DNA from: Myxococcaceae bacterium
Lineage (GTDB): Bacteria > Myxococcota > Myxococcia > Myxococcales > Myxococcaceae
Direction: 5' to 3'
Assembly: GCA_036781205.1 (NCBI GenBank)
Contig: DAIQBK010000003.1
Coordinates: forward strand, 66,738-130,737
DNA: 64,000 nucleotides
Made by a program: the position numbers and the translations under genes. The notes beneath the pieces are model-generated. The model was not told the origin of the DNA and did no database searches. It saw only the letters and a list, made by a program, of their open reading frames with translations. Numbering within the stretch: position 1 is the stretch's first letter; each line of letters starts with the position of its first letter. Shown here piece after piece: positions 42,365 to 49,205 of the stretch.

Positions 42365-42690
42365 CGGCCACCTCCGATTGGCCGGGTGCGGCGAGCGTCT
42401 TGAACCACCACCCAGATCGCCGCCGCATAGACCAGGTACGCCAACGACGGTGTCCGCTTGAGTGAGAGATGAACGGCGGTGGCCAATGCGAGTACGACGA
42501 TCAGAAGAATCGCACCCCCAATGAGGGTGCGTGGGATCAGGAACAGGACGATGGCAGCCAGCTCGAGGGCGGCCAGTGTCACCGCGATCAGCGGTTGAAC
42601 AGGGTGATCGAACAGCAGCGAGATCGCCTGAATCCCGAGCACCGCGGACAACGACCAGCGCAGCAAGCTGGCAGGACGTGGAAGTAACAT
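42361..42690 (-). CDS. small integral membrane protein (109 aa, 3-4 TM helices)
   Basis: ATG at 42690. Hydrophobic throughout (WSLSAVLGIQAISLLF, LIAVTLAALELAAIVLFLI, GGAILLIVVLALATAV, LAYLVYAAAIWVVV). This is the 3' part of track ORF 42361..43413. Confidence 0.55.
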   Translation of the reverse strand: MLLPRPASLLRWSLSAVLGIQAISLLFDHPVQPLIAVTLAALELAAIVLFLIPRTLIGGAILLIVVLALATAVHLSLKRTPSLAYLVYAAAIWVVVQDARRTRPIGGGR

Positions 42691-42789
42691 GGTACTTTGG
42701 TAATATGGTAACAAGACCAAAGTCAAGGCCGCGGAGACAACCCTCGAGACTTGCTGCACGCGGGAGGCTTCTGCGCTAATCGCTGGTGA

Positions 42790-43779
42790 ATGGCGGTAAC
42801 CCTCACCCTCGATTTGATTGAAGAGGCGTCGCGATTCCTTCGCGGCCGGGTGCTCCATACACCCCTCGAGCCATCGCCCAAGCTTTCTCAGCTTCTGGGG
42901 GTGCCCGTCTGGCTGAAGTTGGAGTGCCTGCAGACCACCGGATCGTTCAAACTGCGCGGCGCGCTGTTTCGTCTCTCGCGCCTTTCCGAGGAGGAGAAGC
43001 GGGCCGGTGTTTTCACTTGTTCCGCGGGCAATCACGGCAAGGGCGTCGCCTACGCGGCGAAAGCGCTCGGCGTGACGCCGACGATCGTGGTGCCTTCGAG
43101 CATCGACGAGTCCAAGTATCGGGCGATGGTCGCGATGGGCGCGCAAGTGATTCGCTCGCGCTTTCCCGGCTACGACGAGACCGAGGCATGGGCGATGGAA
43201 GAGGCGGCGAAGAGCGGCAAGGTCTGGATCTCGGCATTCGATGAAGACGCGATCATGGCGGGCAATGGCGGTTCGGTGGCCGCTGAGATTCTGGAGGACT
43301 TGCCGCAAGCGCAGTCGTTCGTCCTTCCGGTGGGAGGCGGAGGGCTGGCCGCCGGAGTTTCCTTCCTGGTGAAAGCAAAACGGCCGGACGCGATCGTCGT
43401 CGGCTGCAACCACGAGCTCTCCCCCGCGCTGGCCCTCTCGCTGAAGCAGGGCTACGCCGCCACCCGCTTGCCAGCCGCGACCACCACAGCCGGAGGGATC
43501 GAAGGAGGGATTGGACAGAGGACGTTCGAGGTGCTGCGTTCGCGAGTCGACCGGGTTGCCCTTCTTTCAGAGGCTGAGCTCTTCGAGGCTGTTCGCTGGA
43601 CGTTCGATGCGCACCAGTACGTCATCGAGACTGCCTCGGCGGCTCCGATTGCCGCTTGTCTCCACGGCAAAACCGGAGATCTCCGAGGCCCGACGGTGAT
43701 CGTCCTCAGCGGGCGGAATGTCAGCATCGACACATTGCGGTTGATTCTCGGCTCACCCGGCAGCATCGTCGCGAAATGA
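42790..43779 (+). CDS. PLP-dependent threonine/serine dehydratase family protein
   Basis: PLP-lysine motif (TGSFKLRGA), Gly-rich phosphate loop (VGGGGLAAG), 329 aa with no regulatory ACT-like domain. Confidence 0.8.
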   Translation: MAVTLTLDLIEEASRFLRGRVLHTPLEPSPKLSQLLGVPVWLKLECLQTTGSFKLRGALFRLSRLSEEEKRAGVFTCSAGNHGKGVAYAAKALGVTPTIVVPSSIDESKYRAMVAMGAQVIRSRFPGYDETEAWAMEEAAKSGKVWISAFDEDAIMAGNGGSVAAEILEDLPQAQSFVLPVGGGGLAAGVSFLVKAKRPDAIVVGCNHELSPALALSLKQGYAATRLPAATTTAGGIEGGIGQRTFEVLRSRVDRVALLSEAELFEAVRWTFDAHQYVIETASAAPIAACLHGKTGDLRGPTVIVLSGRNVSIDTLRLILGSPGSIVAK

Positions 43780-43791
43780 GCCTCGACAGCG

Positions 43792-44256
43792 ATGCGTAGC
43801 GAACCGTGGTTGACTCGACCGAGCAGCGGCCCTCGACGATTGCCGGACGCATCACTCGCCTACGTGGCGCTCCGGATTGCGTTCGGCATCAACATGACGA
43901 TGCACGGAGTGAATCGATTTCTCGGTGGGGTCGGAAAGTTCGCCGGCAAAATGGCACAGGACTTTTCGACAACCATTCTGCCCCACGGTCTGGTGCTGGC
44001 CTTTGGATACGTGCTTCCCTTCATCGAGTTCGCAATCGGCATCCTGCTTCTGCTCGGGTTGTGGATGCGCTGGACGCTGCCGCTCGGGATGGCAGTGATC
44101 GCGGTGTTGATGTTCGGGAGCGCTCTCAAGGGCGACTGGAACGTCCTAGGCATACAGCTCGTGTACGCGGTGGTGTATTACCTGCTGATCGCTCGGCAAG
44201 CGGATGACGCCCTTGGAGTCGACGCCTCGCGATTTGAACGCGGCGCGCCTCGTTAA
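43792..44256 (+). CDS. DoxX family membrane protein
   Basis: Four TM helices and motifs (ALRIAFGINMTMHGVNRF, LPFIEFAIGILLLLG) typical of DoxX. Confidence 0.6.
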   Translation: MRSEPWLTRPSSGPRRLPDASLAYVALRIAFGINMTMHGVNRFLGGVGKFAGKMAQDFSTTILPHGLVLAFGYVLPFIEFAIGILLLLGLWMRWTLPLGMAVIAVLMFGSALKGDWNVLGIQLVYAVVYYLLIARQADDALGVDASRFERGAPR

Positions 44257-45032
44257 GGGCTGACGCTGCAATCGGCCGGAACCGCGCCGGCGGCGGTCAA
44301 GATTCCCCCTAAGAGATGCTGGCGAAACAGCGGCTCGTCGTAGCTCTGCTCGGTATGCCCGAGCGCGGTGTACCAGGACCTGCCTCCACCATCGACGTCG
44401 TGGCACCAGGCAATCGGGTGATCCCCCATGTCTCCGCCGGAGTAGCTGCTTTCGTCCATCGTCATCAGCACGTGAACGGTTCCGCGTGGATTGGTTTGGA
44501 AATTGTACCATTCGTCCGTTCGGTTCCATGGCTGGGGCAGCGACGACGTGGACGGATGGTCGACATCCTCAATCTGGATCGACGCGGGTTGGATCGACGG
44601 ATGGCTGCGAAAGTACGCGCCGACGAGCTGACCGTACCAGGGCCAACCGTACTCGGTGTCGGTCGCCGAATGGATGCCCACGTATCCGTTGCCGCTCTCG
44701 ATGTAGCGCTGGAAGGCGGCCTTCTGATCGTCTTCGAGAACGGTACCGGTGGTGCAGAGGAAGATCACCACTTGGTATCGGGCCAGGTTGTCGTCGGTGA
44801 ACAGGCTCGAGTCTTCGGTTGCGTCCACGGCAAAACCATTCGCACCGCCCAAGTCGGTGATTGCCGCGATTCCGTTGGGAATCGAGTCGTGCCGGTATCC
44901 GGTCGTCTTCGAGAAAACCAGCGCAGAGAACATCGCTCCATCGAGTCTCGCTGAGCGCCGATCTTCGCGCATCCCCGAGGAACAGGCCGAAAGCAGCAGA
45001 ACGAAAGCCCAGGCCAATTTGCGGATTCTCAT
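44253..45032 (-). CDS. ThuA domain lipoprotein
   Basis: Lipobox (LLLSAC) and ThuA-like motifs (LVFSKTTGYRHDSIP, VVIFLCTTG, GYVGIHSA, HPIAW). GGGAGGAG SD lies upstream. Confidence 0.7.
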   Translation of the reverse strand: MRIRKLAWAFVLLLSACSSGMREDRRSARLDGAMFSALVFSKTTGYRHDSIPNGIAAITDLGGANGFAVDATEDSSLFTDDNLARYQVVIFLCTTGTVLEDDQKAAFQRYIESGNGYVGIHSATDTEYGWPWYGQLVGAYFRSHPSIQPASIQIEDVDHPSTSSLPQPWNRTDEWYNFQTNPRGTVHVLMTMDESSYSGGDMGDHPIAWCHDVDGGGRSWYTALGHTEQSYDEPLFRQHLLGGILTAAGAVPADCSVSP

Positions 45033-45130
45033 CGCGCGCTCCTCCCGTTGAGTATCTTTATCATACCACTGGGAGGCTCAAGCGCAGAGACTCGCGGATA
45101 CAGACCAAAGGCTTCGGAGCTCAACTCTTC

Positions 45131-46534
45131 TCACTGAGCTTGAGAGGTCACCGAAACAAACATTGGACAAATGTTACAACTCAACTCTGCACGGTTTGCG
45201 ATGGCACCGGGAACGTCAGCAGTGACCCTCAGTTGGATTTGCTTTGTTTCATCAGGGTTGAGTAGAAAGTCATCCGAAACCATAATACCCAGATACAAAC
45301 CATTATAGTTCCACTCTGGTTGGAAGGGGAGAACCGTTACCTCATGGGGAACCGTGTCGGTTATATAAAACCTCCTCTCCACTGCGCTAAGATTCCTCAC
45401 CGTCAAAGTGTAGGTTAGTACGTCCCCTACTGGCACCGGGTCGGGAGAAGCCGTCTTGGTAAATTCGATTGAGGGCGGATCAGTGTGCGCCATTGCGACG
45501 GTATTCGCATCCGCCTGCATGACGACGACGTATCCAGTCGGGTCCGGGGTGCCAGTAGCCAGAGTGGCGATACCGCTGGGCCCGCCACCAGGCGTAACAG
45601 GCCACTCTTCGATCATCCATTCCCCTGTAACGTTCGTAAGCGTCCCTACTTTGCTGGCCATTTGCTCGGTGAAGTAGAGCTTGCTGTCTGGCCCCGCCGT
45701 GATGCCGAAGGGACGGCCGTTCGTTGTGAGGATGGGAAACTCCGTTATTGCCCCGGACGGGGTAATCCTCCCAATATTGTCGCCGTAGAACTGTGTAAAC
45801 CAAAGGTTGCCGTCCGGCCCAGCTCTGATACCGAACGGTACGCTGGGGGTGGGGGTAGTAAACTCAGTAAAGGTACCGGATGGGGTCATCCTCGCAACAC
45901 TGCTGTTACCACTGAATTCGGTAAACCATATATTGCCATCCGGGCCAAATGTGATGGGCCCAGGCGTGCTGTTAGGCGTAGGGATTACGAACTCGGTCAT
46001 CTCATAGTGGTCGGGAAAATATCGCATCCGGCCGATCTGGTTGGCATTCGCTTCGGTAAAAAAGATTTCGATGTGGCCGTCGGAGCGGTCGAATTGGCAC
46101 GTAATACCGAAAGGGCGGCTATTGGCGGTGAGGACAGGGAACTCGGTCACTGTTCCGGTCGTGGTGATCCTGCCAATCTGATTCGCAAGGGTCTCGGTGA
46201 ACCAGAGGGCACCATCCGGACAGCCAGTTATCATCGAGGGGAAGCTAAATGGTGTGGGAATTGAAAACTCGGTGAAATTCCCATCGAGAGTGAGCCTCGC
46301 AATCTTGTTGGCGGACTGCTCAGCAAACCAAAAGTTACCATCTCGAGCGTATGTGACATGGTAAGAGCCGCTGTTGGAGGTTGGAATTAGCTGGTACACC
46401 CACTCCAAATCAGGGCTAGCTCTGGCGACCTCCGCGGGCGCTTGAGCGGCTTGCGCGGACGGGAGCAAGAGTCCGGGAACGCACAGCAACGTCAGAGCAG
46501 CTAATTCGACTACACGATTAATTGGCCTTTCCAT
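45131..46534 (-). CDS. secreted beta-propeller protein with virginiamycin B lyase (Vgb)-like repeats and a C-terminal DUF11-like domain
   Basis: The ATG at 46534 has a GGAGGGG SD. After a signal peptide there are at least 6 units of type NxWFTExxxNxIGRITxxGxxTEFxxPT. The C-terminus has TKTASPDPVPVGDVLTYTLTVRN. G+C is markedly lower than in the neighbouring genes. Confidence 0.7.
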   Translation of the reverse strand: MERPINRVVELAALTLLCVPGLLLPSAQAAQAPAEVARASPDLEWVYQLIPTSNSGSYHVTYARDGNFWFAEQSANKIARLTLDGNFTEFSIPTPFSFPSMITGCPDGALWFTETLANQIGRITTTGTVTEFPVLTANSRPFGITCQFDRSDGHIEIFFTEANANQIGRMRYFPDHYEMTEFVIPTPNSTPGPITFGPDGNIWFTEFSGNSSVARMTPSGTFTEFTTPTPSVPFGIRAGPDGNLWFTQFYGDNIGRITPSGAITEFPILTTNGRPFGITAGPDSKLYFTEQMASKVGTLTNVTGEWMIEEWPVTPGGGPSGIATLATGTPDPTGYVVVMQADANTVAMAHTDPPSIEFTKTASPDPVPVGDVLTYTLTVRNLSAVERRFYITDTVPHEVTVLPFQPEWNYNGLYLGIMVSDDFLLNPDETKQIQLRVTADVPGAIANRAELSCNICPMFVSVTSQAQ

Positions 46535-46663
46535 TTTTCCCCTCCGTCGCAAGCACGTCTCTACGAGAACTCCTTCATAGTGCTTAAACGCAAATGCGGC
46601 GCAATCGGTATCACCCTGTGTTTTCCAAGCGGTCGTCCTGGGGCAACTCACTGGCCAGGGGAG

Positions 46664-48463
46664 TCACCGGGGGAGCAGGATCATATTTTGAACCGCCACG
46701 CCATTGGTCGCGAACTCACAGCCGTAACCGAGCAGGTGCACGCGGACTTGATCGAACTGTTGCCCCGCGGCGATCGTGGAGAGCCGGATGTCGAAATTGG
46801 CATTCGATCGGAGGATTGTCTCCGGCATCTCCGAAGGCCCGACGCAGTTGTTGTTCGGGCGATTCTGGGTGGCATAGACGCGCTTTCCGACTGTGACGCC
46901 GTTGAGCAAGAGCTCGATTCGCGTCGAAGGTTGGCTGTATCGCGAGGGAGTCGTCGCAGCATAGAAGCGACCTCGGATCCGTGCCGTCGTGGTGGACATC
47001 CTGGGCACCGAATAGGAACGGTAGCGCCGCGTGCAGGTGCAGCATTGGGCGGTGGTCGACCGGCAGGCGAGGATCGCGGTGAACCCAGTTGTTTGAAACA
47101 GCGCCTCGGAGGGATTGGGCGGCGCGCACAGCGCATTGATCCCACCTCCGTCCTTGATCCACGCACTGGCCGGAAGCGCAGGCACGAGAATCGCGTTCGG
47201 GGTCCCGTTCCCGCCGCCTGGCGCGGGTCGCAGATAAAAGTTTCCGATCGAGCTGCAGGTGTACGGATCCAGGTGTGTCCCGATGTTGTCTTCGTGGTAG
47301 TCATTGGTAAACGACCAGTCATCGCTGATGCCGTCGCCGGTCCTCGAGGTGGCGACCACGTGCAGCAATGTGCCGGCCGGCGCGTCCATCGCGAATCGCC
47401 CGAAATCATCGGTGATGGTGTTGAAGGTTGCGTTGTGAGTGGAGTCTGAAAGGGTAACTCGAGCAGAACTCGCGCCTCGATTGTCCAACCCAGTCACGTG
47501 GCCGGAGATGCAGTGCGAGGGCAGCCACTGCGTGCCGTTGAACCATGACAAATGAGATACCCCGGTTCGATACACGTAGCCTCCGGGGGCTGCGGCGTCG
47601 GCGACTCGAGTCGCACTTCCTTCCTCGCGCCACTCGCCGCTGGACGGGTCGAGCGTCCACATCGGGACTGACGTAGGCGCGTTCGCAGCCGCTCCCCCCG
47701 AAATTGGCAGACTGATGGTCGCGCTCCGTCCGCTCGCGATTGTCAGCAATTCGCTGCCTTGCTTGGCAACAATTGCCATCGGCGCAAGGCCGCTGAGCAG
47801 ACGAATATTTCCGTCGGCGCGTCTGCCCGTGAATTCGCCAGGGAACGCCGCGCGCTGCGACAATACCGCCGAGTCCAACGGCGCAAGGCTGACTTCTACC
47901 GGACCCGTTACCACCCTGCCGTCGCGAGTCGCCAACCCATGAGGCGCAAAAGCAGCCCGCGCCCCGTGGCCGTCGGTTACCTCGCCCCCTACTGCCGCAT
48001 CGAACTGAGCAGAGATCCGCGCCGGTGCCATTTCGATTGTGACGAAGGTGAAGCCGTCGCTCTCAAGGCTCACCTGCTTGATCGATTCGGCGAGTCCGGC
48101 GTGTTCCGCGATCAGCACGACCGGTCCCCGCCCGTTGACGTTTTCGATCGTGAACCAGCCATCGGCGTCGGTGGTGGCACGATCTCCACCGATGATATGG
48201 ACGGTCGCGCCTGCGACCGTGGTCGACTCGGCACCCGAGACAACCCGACCGACAATCACCGCCACTCCGCTGCCCAGTTCCTCGAAATCGCCCAGGTCCA
48301 AGGAAGGACTCGATCCGCCGTCCCCACCCGCGCCCGGTCCCAAGCCCAGGGGATCGCCGGAATTTCCCTTCCCACACGCCACCCAGCCGGTTGCAGCAAT
48401 CAACAAGAACCAACAAGCCATCCTCCGCCACTTTGCGTCACGCACACATGCCTTGAGCTGCAT
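46664..48463 (-). CDS. lipoprotein with carboxypeptidase-regulatory-like (CarboxypepD_reg) domains, function unknown
   Basis: Lipobox (ATGWVAC) and two segments resembling Ig-like CarboxypepD_reg folds (GRVVSGAESTTVAGATVHIIGGDRATTDADGWFTIENV; ISGHVTGLDNRGASSARVTL...DDFGRFAM). The C-terminal part is Cys-rich. Confidence 0.55.
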   Translation of the reverse strand: MQLKACVRDAKWRRMACWFLLIAATGWVACGKGNSGDPLGLGPGAGGDGGSSPSLDLGDFEELGSGVAVIVGRVVSGAESTTVAGATVHIIGGDRATTDADGWFTIENVNGRGPVVLIAEHAGLAESIKQVSLESDGFTFVTIEMAPARISAQFDAAVGGEVTDGHGARAAFAPHGLATRDGRVVTGPVEVSLAPLDSAVLSQRAAFPGEFTGRRADGNIRLLSGLAPMAIVAKQGSELLTIASGRSATISLPISGGAAANAPTSVPMWTLDPSSGEWREEGSATRVADAAAPGGYVYRTGVSHLSWFNGTQWLPSHCISGHVTGLDNRGASSARVTLSDSTHNATFNTITDDFGRFAMDAPAGTLLHVVATSRTGDGISDDWSFTNDYHEDNIGTHLDPYTCSSIGNFYLRPAPGGGNGTPNAILVPALPASAWIKDGGGINALCAPPNPSEALFQTTGFTAILACRSTTAQCCTCTRRYRSYSVPRMSTTTARIRGRFYAATTPSRYSQPSTRIELLLNGVTVGKRVYATQNRPNNNCVGPSEMPETILRSNANFDIRLSTIAAGQQFDQVRVHLLGYGCEFATNGVAVQNMILLPR

Positions 48464-48626
48464 CGCTCCTCCAGGTCAGAAAGCCATTCAGTTAGATGAA
48501 CGCAGGATCGTCTCAACCGGTATCACTAGGGTCGGCTGGAGGCGTCCGGGCTCCGTCCGTTGCGGCCGTCGGCCCTCAAGGTGTAAGTCTTCGGCGCGAC
48601 CCTGGATATCTCATTCGAGGGGGGCG

Positions 48627-49205
48627 ATGGCTCGGTCAGCTGCGGACGTCACGGCGTTGCTTCGCGCCTGGCACGGCGGAAACAAGCAGGCGTTCGCGGA
48701 ACTGATGCCGTTGGTCTATCAGGAGCTGCGCAGGCTGGCACAGCGCCACGCCAACAAGCAGCGTTCCGGACATACCTTGCAGACCACCGCCCTCCTCCAC
48801 GAGGCCTACCTCAAGTTGCTCGATTACCCGGTGGTGAACTGGAACGATCGAGCTCACTTCTTCGCCTTCGCCGCCAGCGTGATGCGATCGCTCTTGGTCG
48901 ATCACGCCCGGCGTCAGGGTTCCGCCAAACGCGGCGGTGGGGCCAGTCATATCGAGCTGGAGGAAGCGGCAGTGGTTTCTCCGGAGGACGGCTCCGCGGT
49001 GCTTGAGCTTCACCAGGCGCTGGAAAGGCTCACCGCGATCGACGCGCGCAAGGGACGGATCGTCGAGCTTCGTCACTTCGGAGGCTTGAGCGTAGAAGAG
49101 ACCGCCGAGGTCCTGGAGCTGGCTCCGATCACGATCAAGCGGGAATGGCTGAGAGCCAAGGCGTGGCTCCATCGGGAGCTGAATTCAGAGAAACCGCGGG
49201 CATGA
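48627..49205 (+). CDS. ECF-type sigma factor of the Ser/Thr-kinase-associated kind (TIGR02999/ECF43-like)
   Basis: The N-terminal signature DVTALLRAWHGGNKQAFAELMPLVYQELRRLA...HTLQTTALLHEAYLKLL and the region 4 HTH (GLSVEETAEVLELAPITIKREWLRAKAWL) are present. The upstream part of track ORF 48039..49205 is rejected. Confidence 0.8.
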   Translation: MARSAADVTALLRAWHGGNKQAFAELMPLVYQELRRLAQRHANKQRSGHTLQTTALLHEAYLKLLDYPVVNWNDRAHFFAFAASVMRSLLVDHARRQGSAKRGGGASHIELEEAAVVSPEDGSAVLELHQALERLTAIDARKGRIVELRHFGGLSVEETAEVLELAPITIKREWLRAKAWLHRELNSEKPRA

